DNA of 64,000 bases, from assembly GCA_013239625.1 (NCBI GenBank), contig MU053652.1, forward strand, positions 3,957,902 through 4,021,901. Direction: 5' to 3'. Under the pieces are notes generated by a model, which searched no databases, was not told where the DNA came from, and saw only the letters and a program-made list of their open reading frames with translations. This DNA is from Lama guanicoe (Eukaryota). Shown one piece after another: positions 1 through 11,942 of the stretch; positions within the stretch are counted from its first letter, which is position 1, and each line of letters opens with the position of its first letter. Made by a program: the position numbers and the translations under genes.

Positions 1-191
1 CGTATGAGGTAGTCAATCAGTATTTTTGGATAAATTCTAAAATATGAAAAAAATTTGCTTTATCAATATGGGAGAATGTAGGTTATTAATTTTTCTTCCT
101 TAATAATTAATTTAATGCTGTTATAAGAATGTTAATATAATTTTTAAAAGACAGGGGTTCTTAAGTGTCTTCTGGATTTGGGGGTTGAGCA

Positions 192-1125
192 GTGTGTTAG
201 TCTGCTTGGGTGGCCATAACAAAACAGATAGCTTAAACAACAAAAGTTTATTTCTCCCAGTTTTGGAAGCTGAAAGGTCCAAGACGTAGGTGCCAGCAAG
301 GTACGTTTCATTCTGACCTCTTCTTTGTTAGTATGCAGAGAGTGAGTACTATGATGTCTCTTCATTAATTTTTTTTATTGAGGTAACATTGATTTGTAAT
401 ATATGTTTCATGTGTACAACATTATATTTCTAATTCTATATACACTATAGCTTGCTCACCACCAAAAATTTAGTTTCCATCCATCACTGTACAGTTGATC
501 CCCTTCCCCACTGGTAACCACGACTCTGTTCTCTGTGTCTATGTGTTTGGTTTGGTTTGTTCATTTATTTTATTTGTTTTGTATATTCCACATAAGAGTG
601 AAATCATCTGGCATTTGTCTTTCTTGGTCTGACATTTCACTAAGCACAAAACCCTCAAAGCCCATTCATGTTATTGCAAATGGTTAGCTTTCCTATTTTT
701 AATGGCTGAGTAGTATTCCATTGTGTATGTGTGTGTATGTGTGTGTGTGTGTGTGTATACACAGCATCTTCTTATCCATTCATCTGTTGATGAGCACTAA
801 GGTTGTAACTTTCATATCTTTGCTATTGTAAATAATGCTGCAGTGAATACAAGGGTGCATATATCTTTTCAAATTAGTTTATTTTTATTCTTTGGATAAA
901 TACTTAGAAGTAGGATTGCTGGATTCATATGGTAGTTCTATTCTTAATTTTTTGAGGAATCTCCATACTGTTTTCTGATGTCTCTTATATGACACCAATC
1001 TTATTGGACCAGAACCTCACCTTCAGGACCTCACTTAATCCTAACTATTTCATCTCCAAATACCATCACATTGAGAGTTAGGGCTTCAACATATGAACTG
1101 GGGGGAACACAAACATCTAGTCCAG
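192..1125. mobile_element. MaLR (MLT1-type) LTR split by an L1 insertion
   Basis: tgtgttagtctgcttgggtggccataacaaa... and ...ccaaataccatcacattgagagttagggcttcaacatatgaa are typical MLT1 segments on either side of the L1. Confidence 0.7.
363..975 (-). mobile_element. 5'-truncated L1 3' end with 11-bp TSD
   Basis: T-rich tail at the left; L1 3'UTR/ORF2-end motifs (gattgctggattcatatggtagttctatt); tgatgtctctt duplicated at 352-362 and 976-986; internal (TG)n. Confidence 0.85.
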
Positions 1126-1692
1126 AACAGCCAGTTCTTGCCCCCAAAAGCCTTCTGTATCTGATAGCAACTGGAGACCATTCTGGGCTGGGGTGACCCC
1201 AGCAGTGATGGTGGTAAGTCCTGTGGAGGGGCTGGATAGGCATTTTGACATTCCCTGTTCATCCCTGGAGCCCACAAAGGGTTGGGGTCAACTTATGGGC
1301 TCTAGGGCGACAGTGGGAAATCCCCACAGGCCCAGTGAATGGAAGGATCTGGGTAAGAGGCATAGCCCTGGGCAGTGGGAGGAATAGACAGACTTCTACC
1401 CCACCCAGTGGCTCTGACTGGGCACCGTGGTAAGCCAAAACAGGCATCTAAGGAAGGACTAGTCAATAAGCCACTTCATTTTGACCAGGGGCTGAAACCA
1501 GAAGGGGAACTTAAGCTGAGCCATTAAACAAAGTGAAGCTGGGCAAAGAGATTCTTCACCCCACTGCTGCTCCCATAGCAACTCCTTCCCCTCCTTTCAT
1601 TGTCTCTCAAGGTCAACAAATAGCCACACCTTCTAACTCCATGTCTGTCCTGATTGGACAGTGGTTTCCATCTGTGCCTGTGTGGTGACGGT

Positions 1693-1694
<2 letters not shown>

Positions 1695-1727
<33 letters not shown>
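1695..1727. repeat. (CA)16 microsatellite
   Basis: Perfect AC dinucleotide run. Confidence 0.95.
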
Positions 1728-1728
<1 letters not shown>

Positions 1729-2632
1729 GGCCTGGCTGAACTGCAGCAAAAGGCTGCCATCATCGCCTTGGTGGGTCCTCGGAAGCTGACTTCAGCAGTG
1801 TGGGTGGAGTTCAGCAATCTTACAGAACAGAAGCCCACAGACTGCTGAAGAGGTCAAGGTGAAGGGCACTGGGAGACAGAGAAGAGGCCAAGTGGCTCTG
1901 GGCAGCTCAACTCCCACAGCCAACAGGTGGTCCCAGATGGGAGGACAGTGTCATTTACAGCTCTCCTAGTGACCTATTTGTGCAAGTATGACTATGGTCA
2001 GTATGATGGTGACTGATGCCCCAAAAGCCAGGGACCAAGAGGCCCAAGAAGACTCTGAGGGACCCCCTGCCCCCCACCCCCGGCTTATGGGGGCAGCGGC
2101 CCTCAGTCTGCACTCTCCTTGTCCTGAGACTGCCACGGGCCTGACCTCTCATTCACAGCTTCTTTGCCTCACTTATCAGTATTGTGTTTACGGCCTAAGG
2201 AGGGAGAGAAAACACCAAGCTGAAATAACTAGGAAGGCTGTTCAAAGAGTAACAGATCCAAAGTGCAAATGAGCAGGTAGGACGTGCAGACTGCAAACCA
2301 GGGAAGGCCAGTAGGGGAGTGTTTTCTGAGGAAGAGAGTGCAGGATAAAGGGGAGGGGGTCTGGTGCTAAGTGGTGTGGTTCAGGGCCTGGAGGGTGGGT
2401 TGTGCCAGAGGACAGAGAGAGCGCTGTTTTCTCCACATCACAGGGAAAAGATGAGAAATGAGGCTGTGCACAGAGGGAGGGAGCCGGGTGAAGGGCAGTC
2501 CTGGAGCGGATCTCATCCACCCGCACCAAGCCCCGCTGAAAAGAGAACGCCTTTTGTGGGAGGTCTGCCCTGCATATGCCCCCTCCTCCCACCTCTACCA
2601 GAGGTCTAGAACAAAGAGGCAAAAGGCCTTGA

Positions 2633-3230
2633 TTGATTTTTTTTGTGGTAAAACATATGTAACATTTATCATTTTAAATTAACCATTTCTAAGTGTTTAG
2701 TTTAGTGTGCAACCACCTCGACTACCCATTTAGAACTTTGTCATCATCCCAAACAGAAACCCCCTATCTGTTAAACAATAGCGTCCCATTCTGCCCTCCC
2801 CTCTGCCCCTGGTCACCACTATTCTACATCTATCTCTGTGGGTTTACCTTTTCTAGATAACTCATGTAAGTGAATCACACAATATGTGCCCTTTTGTGTC
2901 TGGCTTATTTCACTTAGCATAATGTCTTCAAAGTTCATCCACATTGTAGCATGTGTCAGAACTTCATTCCTTTTTCAGGCTACTATTCCACTGTATGTGT
3001 AGATTCCATTTTGTTGATCATTCCTCTGTTGATGGACACTTGGGTTGCTTCCATCTTTTGGTTATGTTGAATAATGCTGCAATGAACAGAGGTGTACAAG
3101 TATCTGTCCGGCTTCCTGCTTTCATTTCTTTTGGATATACACCTAGAAGTGGAATTGCTGGATCACATGGTAATTCTATGTTTAACTTTTTGAGAAACTG
3201 CCAAACTGTTTTCCACAGTGACTGTACCAT
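2633..3230 (-). mobile_element. L1 3' end including ORF2 C-terminus
   Basis: ORF 3018..3230 ([31 protein letters not shown]...WKQPKCPS) is the L1 ORF2 C-terminal region; gccttga occurs at both ends (possible TSD). Confidence 0.9.
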
Positions 3231-4199
3231 GCCTTGAGCTATTTAAGTGAAAAATAAATCTATTCCAAAAGCCTCCTGTCAACTTGGCCTGGAAAGAAGG
3301 TCTAACATCCATATTTCAGGAGGGTGGAGTGCTCCCTTAATGACAGGGGCAATGGAGAACTGGTGGCATCCAGGAGAGAGTGACCAAAAGGGGTCATGTC
3401 AAGTAAAAGTGGTGAAGGGACTGGGTGTTTGGCCTGGTGAAGATCGGGTGCTTCCTCTCCACAAAGACCTGTCTCCAGGGCTGTGAGAGACTGTTCCGTG
3501 GCAGAGTGGACAGACCTTTCTGCAGCCATGGAGGTAGAAAGGAAGCTGGGTGAAACCTGCCCAGAGACCAGCTTTGGCCGAACACTGCTCTGGGGGCTGG
3601 AGCCCGCTGTGGCAGCAGTGCCCCCACCCTGGGCGGTGGCAGAGGTTGTAGGGGGGGCTCCAGGACCCTGGGAAGCCAGGGAGAAGACAGCCCAGAGCAG
3701 TAGCTCACACTTTCTGGGATTCTTTTATTGTTGTTCTGCTTTTGAACAAATGGGAAGGCGGAGCTTGGAGGGTTTTTTGCAGGTGAAAAAAATCTTTCCT
3801 TTTAACACAGGAAATCAGGGAGCACACAGTCTCAACACAAATAGTCGTATAATGGCTGGATTATGAATTTCACTTTGATAAATTTAAACATTAATCAAAA
3901 TAAACGATTTAAGAGGAGTCCTCTTACCTGAAAGATTTATCTAGAAGCTGGAGGTGCAGAAGAAAATGGGATCAGAGATAAAAAGAGTTCTGAGGCTGAA
4001 AACTGCTTACTCAGGTATCTTTACGGCTTTGGACGCCTCTCTGGGTGGCTCAATGAACAACACCTGAGTGCATAGCTGCAGCCTCTTGAGGACGCATTTC
4101 TTCTTTAATTGGACTCCCACTACGACTTGTTTCTCAGCCTCGTTTCCTTTCTAATTGTTTTCTGAGTCCTTTTTATTTATTGTCACTAGTAATAGTTAC

Positions 4200-4610
4200 T
4201 AGTGCTGTCCAGCAAATATTTCTGCTTCTCCCCTCCGGCATGCTGGGCATTGCTTCCCCACTCCCTTAAAGTATATGTGGCCATGTGACTGGCTTTGGCC
4301 AATAAAATGAGAGAAGCGACGTGAGTCACTTCCAGGTGGGAACTTTAAGGGCCCCGTGTGCAATTTACGCTTCTTTCTTTCCTTCCCACTGCCGAGTGAC
4401 CTGTGACATCCTGGGTGGTGGCTGTGGCCTAAGCCTGGGTCGTTGAGTGAGGATGACACAAATTGGCCCCCAGCCCACCATCAATGGACACTGAGCCTGA
4501 AGAAGAAAGACACATTTGGGACAGCCCTCCATGAACTGCGGCCTTAAGAAATAAACCTTTGCTGTTTGAAGCCACCGAGATCTGGAGTTTATTTGCCACC
4601 GTAGCATATT
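4200..4610. mobile_element. Old MaLR LTR (MLT1 family)
   Basis: ggccatgtgactggctttggccaat... and aaataaacctttgctgtttgaagccaccgagat are MLT1-type motifs. Confidence 0.65.
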
Positions 4611-5179
4611 AGCTTGTTAGAAAAATCCTTCAACAAAAATTTACGTGCCAAGGTGCTGTCAGTATAGCTGGGAACAAGAAAGCCATGAATAAGAAGTCCA
4701 GTTTCCTATAAGAGAGCTAACTTCCAGCAAGGAAGATAACACAGTTAACCATTGCATTGTAGAAGTGTGGACAAGCACAGGGCCCTGAAGAGCTTACACA
4801 GCAAATGACCTAATTTGGCCCGGGGTCAGGGAAGATGTAAGGCTGGGATCAGAAGTTGTCCCATGTGAAAGGGAGAAGAGTGTTCCTTGCAGAGGGAACA
4901 ACGGGAGGGAAATCCCTGAAGGCAGAAGGGAGCTCGAGCAGCAGGAATACAGAGAACCGGGCGGAGACGTGCTGGGACGCGGGGAGGAGGCAGGGGCTGG
5001 ACCACGCAGCGCTTGGACCTTGCTGGGAAGTTTGGTCTTATCCTAAGAGCGATGGGGTCGCCAAGGGAACGTTGGAAGTAGAAGAGTAATGCGATTTCAA
5101 CTATTTTTAAAGAGCAGCGGCCAACACAAGATTTGCATGTGGTAAGAAATGTCAGGTGGGGAGAAAAATCAATCCCACG

Positions 5180-5430
5180 AAGGTCCTCACCGTAAGACAA
5201 AAGACGAGGCAGACCCCAAACCCAGCAGCGGTGGCTCTGCCGGCCTGGGCCCAGCCTGCAGGCGCCTCTGGCCGTGGCCGCGACCCCGCTTCAAGCACGC
5301 GGCCTTTCGGGCTCTCAAGGCTCAGGGACACACGCTGCATCCTCCCGCCGGCAGGGGGCGATGAGGCCGCGTCGGGCGCAGACCCGGATCCCGACACCCC
5401 CCAGGTTTTGGTTTGTGCGCTGCGGAAGAA
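5180..5430. promoter_or_regulatory. Small intergenic CpG-rich element with CTCF-like motif (5348-5360)
   Basis: Local CpG cluster; CCGGCAGGGGGCG resembles the CTCF core CCASYAGRKGGCR. Confidence 0.5.
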
Positions 5431-6154
5431 GCCTCCGTTCTTCCCTTTAACATTTACTCTCATCTTCTATTCTATAGAGGAGCCTGAGACCAAGGAGGAC
5501 CCTTGTCCAGAAGAACACGGTCCCTGTTCCCATTCCGAATCCGCCCTGACATCTCTGCCACGTGCAGCCCCACAGACCCCCTTTTTTTCAGATTTCCTTT
5601 CCCTTCTCGCTACCCTCCTCTCTGTGACAGTTCCACTTCTTCCTTCTGCCCATAAATTAAAGGAGGTTGTTCTCAAGGTTCCTAACTCAGCACTTTCTTA
5701 TCTCCGCACTATGCTGACCACGAGCTTTCATTGAAGTTGAATATGTCTAAACCTACATGCCTGGCCTACAGCTCTCTTCTGAGCCCTGATCCCTAACTGT
5801 ACTGCATCTCCCTGAATATTCCACAGCCACCTCATGTTCCCCAGGGAGAAGGTCTGATTCGCCTAGCTTGTGTTTTACAGCCAGGTGCCCAAACCTGGTG
5901 CAATCACAGAGGGTGGGGAGGGTGGGCAGGCTGGGGTGAGGAGGAGGCGGGAAGTGGTAGAGCACGAAGCCCAGGTGGGATGCAAGGGGGGAACCAACAT
6001 GTAAAGGGAGACCACAGGAAGAGGAGAAGTAAAACAGCTGTAGAAGCACAGGCAGAGCTAGAAGAGAGCCAGGAGGGACGGTGTCAATCAAGGAAGCCCA
6101 GAGAAAAGAGCCTTGAGAAGAGAGTGCACACAAACAGGACACTGGCTTGGCAAT

Positions 6155-6325
6155 TACCAAATTCCATCCATTCAAAGACACATTTTTTTCACATTTGAAC
6201 ACAATGTGTTGTACAACTCATGGCACTTCATTGTTCATTGGTGGTGAGTCCCCCCATCCCTCCATTCTTAGTGGTACATAAAATGATGGTATGGTTTGCA
6301 ATCTGGAATTTTGGAATTAATGGAA
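6155..6325. mobile_element. MER104-like (Tc2/Kanga) DNA transposon fossil
   Basis: ...aagacacattttttcacatttgaac...tcttagtggtacataaaatgatggt... resembles the MER104 consensus as recalled. Confidence 0.5.
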
Positions 6326-6379
6326 CAATGACAGTAATCAAGCACTTTCACTGGAGCAGTAGAGGCAGAAGTCTGAGTG

Positions 6380-6745
6380 TAACGAGTTGAAAAGAGGACA
6401 TTCCACAAAATAACTAGGTCTAGACTTTAAAAATGTCAACGTCATAAAAGACCAAAAAAAAAAAAAGGCGGAATCTGTTTTAGGTGAATGGAGACTACAG
6501 AGACATGAACACAATAGGTGATCCTTGATTAGATCATTGATCAAAAAATAATCCAGCCTACTGGGATAATTAGGAAAAAATGAATATGGGCCATAAAATA
6601 ATATTGTATTGATGTCAATTTCTTGACCATGAAAATCCTATTGTAGTTATGAACTAGAATGTCATTGTTCTCAGGAGCTAGAGTATTTAGGGGTGAAGGA
6701 TAATGATGTATACAACTTACTTTAAAATGGTTCAGGAAAGAAAAG
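6380..6745 (+). mobile_element. Old L1 (L1ME/MC-type) 3' UTR fragment
   Basis: atattgtattgatgtcaatttcttgac...gagtatttaggggtgaagga...acaacttactttaaaatggttcag. Confidence 0.6.
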
Positions 6746-6753
6746 TGTGTGTG

Positions 6754-6785
<32 letters not shown>

Positions 6786-7050
6786 TATTTTAGTATTTTC
6801 CACATTTGTTATGTATGTAAAATACACATTGATGCATATATATTACAAATATGTGTAATATGCATCTGTAGTATATAGACATCCACAATTTAACATTTTG
6901 TCACATTTGCTCAGATTATCTGTATATAAGAAATATATGTGCACATATATATGTATATATATATGATTTATATTCTCTATGTATATAATATATATACTTA
7001 TTACATATGGAGAGATATGTGTGTGTGTGTGTGTGTGTACACACATACAT
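6745..7050. repeat. Compound (TG)/(TA)/(CA) low-complexity microsatellite region
   Basis: Interspersed TA, CA and TG runs. Confidence 0.85.
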
Positions 7051-7088
7051 GTGCAAATGTGACAAAATGTTAGTTCCTGAATCTAGGT

Positions 7089-7375
7089 CAGTGATTCTCA
7101 ACTGAGGATGACTTTGCCTCCCAGATTTGGTGATATCCAGAGGCACTTTCAGTTGTCTCAGTTGAAGGGGTGTTACCAGCATCTGGTAGAGACCAGGGAT
7201 GCCACGTGGGTACATGAGGCTATCTAAATTGAAATTAATTACAAGTAAGTCAAATAAACATCCAGTTCTTCAGTCTGCACTGGCCGCATTTCCCATGCTC
7301 GACAGCCACATGTGGGTGTGGCTACAGTGTTAGCAGGAATATAGAACTTCCCATGGTCACAGAAAATTCGGTGAC
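7089..7375. mobile_element. hAT-Charlie fossils (MER20-like followed by MER3/MER33-like)
   Basis: cagtgattctcaactgagg...ggtagagaccagggatgc; then gctcgacagccacatgtgg...atagaacttcccatggtcacagaaaattc. Confidence 0.55.
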
Positions 7376-8284
7376 AGGGCTGTAACCCCTGTCATAGCAC
7401 TAACTACTGACTACCCACTCCAGCCACCTGAAGACTGAGCTCCATAAAAGACTGCACGTCTGTTGGCCTGATCACTGTCACCCCAGAGCCTGGCATACAG
7501 CAGCCCCTCCATAAACTTTCATTAAATGACTAATGACCTGGCCAGTTCTCAACATTACAGGCATCTCCTTTCAAAACCCACCCCCAGACTTCAGTGAGCC
7601 CCAACCTTTGCTTTTTGAAGGTGGGGGAGCCCTTCGTTTTCTAGGCTGAGGGGAAGGAGCTGGCAGAGGGAGAGCTTGAAAGTACAGGATAAAGACTTGT
7701 CCTAAAACAAAAATACACTCTCCCACACATGGAAATATATTCCTATCACCACGTAGGAAAGAGTCCAATAATACACCAAATATACCCAAAAGTTGGCAGA
7801 GCTTATCTCCAGATGGGTTCATTGGGGTGATTCTAATTACCTTCTCCATGACGTTTGTTTTTCCAGAGTTCTCTGTGTACATTATTAAGAGGATAGTTAA
7901 GTAAGCTCTATGCCCAAAAATGGAAGGAAGGGATTCAGAAGTCAAGTGGCAGGAGGTCAGTCTAAACATGCAGTCTACCCTGAAGACTTGGTGAGGGTGG
8001 ATGGGGGCAGAAGGTTGAAGGGATCTATTTAGCCTGAGAGCCTCTGGTTCCCCGTGAAGGGGGAAGCCGGGTAAGCAGCTGGGACTAGAACTGTGGTCTC
8101 CCTTTCAGCCCCAAGCCCAGTGCCTGCCAGATGCGGCTGCTGAAAACATGTTGTCGAAGGATGAAACAAAGCATAAGAGGATAGAGAAAAGGCCACAGTC
8201 CGGGGCACTGGCTCTGGCATCAGGTACTCGCCCTCACCTCCTGTATCTCCCAGGCTTTTTAGATCTTTGCTGGCTGTCATCAGC

Positions 8285-8970
8285 TTGTGAAAATGAGATA
8301 GAACTCACATACCATAGGATTCACCATTTTAAAGTGTACAATTCATTGGTTTTTAGTATATTCACAAGGTTGTGCAACTGTCACCACTACCAACTCCAGA
8401 ACACTTCATCACCCCAAAGAGGAACCCCTATTAGTAGTCGCTTCCCAGTTCCCTGTCCCCCCACAACCACTCATTTACTTTTTGACTATCTGGAGTTGCC
8501 TATTCAGGACAGTTCATATAGATGGAATTATGTAAGATGTGTCCTTCTGAGTCTGGCTTATTTCACTCAGCACAATGATTTCAAGGTTCATCCATGTTGA
8601 AGCAAGTATCAGATAAATGTCATTTCTTTTTATGGCCAAGTAATATTCCACTGAATGGATAGACCACATTTTGTCTAGCCATTGTTGGGGGATATTTGGG
8701 TTGTTTTCACTTGGGTCTATGATGAATATTGCTGTTACGAATGTTCAGATGGGAGTTTTTGTGTGTATATTTTCAATTCTCTTGGGCATATAACTAGGAG
8801 TGGAATTGCTGGGTATATGGTTTACAGTAACTCTACTTACAACGTTTTAAGGAACGGCTAAACTGTTTTCTATAGCAGCTGCACCATTTTACATTTCCAC
8901 CAGCAACAAACAAGGGTCATGTTTTCTCAACATCTTCGCCAACACTTGTTACTATCTCTTTTTAATTACA
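8285..8970 (-). mobile_element. L1 (L1MB-like) 3' end
   Basis: ttttaaagtgtacaattcattggtttttagtatattcaca...ggaattgctgggtatatgg...tttacatttccaccagcaa. Confidence 0.85.
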
Positions 8971-10138
8971 TCACCAATTTTGCAAGGGGCACGTCCATTC
9001 TAAAAAATATTCTCTATCTAAATGAAGTACCAAATCTTCCTTCCCTGTCCATGGATATTTTGCTTGTTCCTGTGGTTGCTGTTCCATGGGGTCCAGCCCC
9101 TACGCTCACTCCTAAATAGAGCCTTCATCACCAAAAGCTGCAGTAGCCTCATAGTGAGGCATCCTGCCTCCCACAGATCACATGTGGCCTGTGTGTGGAC
9201 TTTCCCATCACGGCTCCTTTCATACGCTCCCCTTTGAATCCTCACCCGCAGGAAGGATCAGGATCCTGGCTGATTTGGGTTTAGGGGAAATAAAAAATAA
9301 CCAGGCTCGAGGATCTGTTTTTTTATCAGAGTTCCTCCAGATGTCCTATAAATGCAGCCCTATCCTCCTCTTAATCATCTTCACAAACTGTACGATGAAT
9401 GCGCTTTATTGAAACTGAAATAGAAACAGAGCTGCTCTCTGTCATGATGGAACCCGGGCATCGGCCTCCCTCCCCAGGCTGGGGGCCCCTACAGAGTAGC
9501 ATCTTCCTGGTGCCAAGAATAGGAGATGCTCAATAAATTATTAAAATGAGATAATTTTGTTTAAATTTTAAATGGAGTGTTTCACCAAAAAATCTGAATT
9601 TCAAAGTAAAATGTGCCACAACTTTTCTATGGCTCGCATGTGAGAGTTCTCATGTACGATACCACCATCGTAGCTATATAATTTAAAGCTCCTAACAGCG
9701 CCTCAGAACGCCTGTGTTCCAATGAGCACAAGACTAAACTAGCCTTTAGCTACTCTACTAAAACCTGGGGAGAAATCTGCAGCACCCAAGTACCCCATCC
9801 ATTCAGATCAGCACTTCCTCTATTCCGATGCTGAAAATCCTTCCTGCTCATCATTTAACCACCTCAGAAGAAGAAAGCATTTCCACTTCCAGATGATCTC
9901 CTAAGCCCGTAAAAGTCTGCTGACTGGCACATCTCTGCTCTCCCCTCAACATGTCATCTGTGCCGTGACAAGATCAGAAGGCAGCGCTGCAGGTGCCACC
10001 TCCCCAACATGCCAATAAACATAGCTGCTTAGACACAAGCTCTTGAATTCAAGTGAGGCAGAGGAGGGTCTTAGACATCCTACAAGTTCATTGGCTCAAC
10101 AAGCCTTTTAGCATCTGGTGAGGCAGAGTTAACTTGAA

Positions 10139-10275
10139 CAGTGCTTCTCCAGGGGTCTGGTCCAGCAGCAGCACAACCTGGGGGAATAGTGGAAACTTAA
10201 ATTCTCGCACCCCATCCTTCCTACTGGGTAGGGCCCAGCATTCTGTGCTTTGACAAGTCCTCAGGTGATCATGGT
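10139..10275. mobile_element. MER5A-like DNA transposon fossil
   Basis: cagtgcttctcca...cagcagcacaacctggg...gggcccagcattctgtgctttgacaagtcctcaggtgat. Confidence 0.55.
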
Positions 10276-11291
10276 GCGAGCTTAGCTGCAGAAGGACTGG
10301 ACTAGAGTTGGTGTGTCTACAAACGGAAACCGCTCGGATCCAGCCCAGTGGTCTCCGGCTGAGTGGGAAGGTGGCCCTGTTTGCCAGGCCTGGAGACAGA
10401 ACAGAAAGGGCCCCTTCAGGATACAGGGAGCACCAACCTTCACCCGAGTGAGGGCTCCTTTGGCAACAGCCAAGGGCTCACACTGAGTCTACACAGACAA
10501 TACAGCCAGACATACGTCACCCCCAACAAACTCACGTGGGTTCCAAGTACCCCACTTCTCTGCTACAAAGATTCACATGATTGCCTTTTTTCTCTGATAT
10601 TTATGAAGTCCTGAGTCCTGGGTTGCAGCCTTCCTTAGCAAGCTTTGTGAACTTTTGAGATCCCACAAGGCAGCCTGTGACATCGTGAAAAGTAATTCCA
10701 ACAAACTAGACACCTGTCTCTGGACAGGTGCTGCCTGGAGGAATTAGCTTCGAGCTCAGAACTGTGAATGGAGACAACAGTGCAGGTGTCAGCGCCAGGG
10801 GAGGTAGTGAGATGTGCCAGGAGACAGAGCAGAAGGCAGGGGTGGGATGCTAAGTGATGCAGAGATGGTGCTTTTACTTAAAAATACCTTTCCTTCCAAG
10901 TTTCGCATTTGAGGCTTTTAGGCCTTTGGGGCCGAGGAGAATGAACTGCGGTTTTCTCTCTTAAGTGTCTCTGTACAGGCTGGGGAGATCCAAGGCAACT
11001 CCGTAAGTCAGGGTCAGCCAAGTTTAAGAGAAAGGCTGCAGGTGGGAAGAAGACGTGAGTGTGGAGAAAAAGAGGGAGAGGAGTCGAGTGAAAGAAAAAG
11101 AAGAGGAGAGCGAGGGCTGACCTGCCCTCTTTTCCCTGCGCCCCAGTCATTGATGCTGTGGGCTTGTGTGAGCCACTGTCCCTACACCCTAGCGGGGTCA
11201 GAGCAGGAGTGACAACCGTGGTCTCCACCAGTGGCTAATTCAAATCAGACAAGAGTTAGGCTGTTGAGAAGAAAATTATAGAAACAAAATA

Positions 11292-11297
11292 TTTATT
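11292..11297 (-). terminator. SMKR1: Probable SMKR1 polyadenylation signal
   Basis: AATAAA about 450 nt after the stop, followed by a U/GU-rich tract (tattttgtttctataattttctt). Confidence 0.6.
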
Positions 11298-11747
11298 ATT
11301 TTTCCTAAAAAAGACAAAGAAAGGAAACTACCCAAAAGAGGGAGGTTCATAAGCAAATCCTGTGCTTTTCTAAATAATATGCGCCCACTGGCAAAAGAAA
11401 ACAACTCATGCAAGCTAGAACTGCCTTTGGAGAGCAAGGTTTAATTCTGACCCAGAATTATAGTAACTTTTGAAAGTTCTGTCAATGCAACCACGCTATT
11501 TGGAAATTACTCAGACTTCTTTTCTTCCCTCCTTAGCTTCTGAAGAACGGGAGTGGCTCACCCGACCTGGGTTTAGCTAAGGAAGTAAAATGCATTTCTT
11601 TATCATCAACTACCACAGAAAAGCACACTTAGCTTGCATCTCAAATTGTCTTCAGGAGAGTCTATTTTGCTTGCAACACTGGTATTATTCTTTCTCTTCC
11701 CCAAGTGCTGTTCTCTGCAACAGAGAGGAGCTGGGAGATGCTCTGGC

Positions 11748-11942
11748 TTAGGTCTTGTTTTTCCCCTTCTTGGACTTGGCAGCGCCTGGCCAGCGGAAGC
11801 CGCGCAGGTGCAGGCAGTCGGCCACGTTGTGGGCGATGTAGTGGAGGTTGAGCATTGCGGCGGGGCTGAATATGTCCACTTCTGGTTTCTTCTGCTTCTT
11901 CTCGCGGGACTTGCCCCGGCCTTTTCTTTTCCCTTTACCTGG
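11748..11942 (-). CDS. SMKR1: Small lysine-rich protein 1, main coding exon: [64 protein letters not shown]
   Basis: Acceptor tctttgaaag|CCA, then 64 codons + TAA. The core [29 protein letters not shown] matches SMKR1 as I recall it, and the position downstream of STRIP2 is syntenic. The ORF track misses it because the ATG lies in another exon. Confidence 0.93.
   Translation of the reverse strand, partial: PGKGKRKGRGKSREKKQKKPEVDIFSPAAMLNLHYIAHNVADCLHLRGFRWPGAAKSKKGKNKT

Noticed and set aside
3018..3230. 70-aa ORF with real protein similarity
   Set aside because: It is the C-terminus of L1 ORF2 in a truncated retrotransposon, not a host gene.
5156..5734. 192-aa ORF
   Set aside because: GTG start across a GC-rich patch; no recognisable homology or splice context.
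9636..9672. Two adjacent small hairpins (tgaga/tctca; tacgat/atcgta)
   Set aside because: Stems of 5-6 bp are expected by chance; no ncRNA signature recognised.
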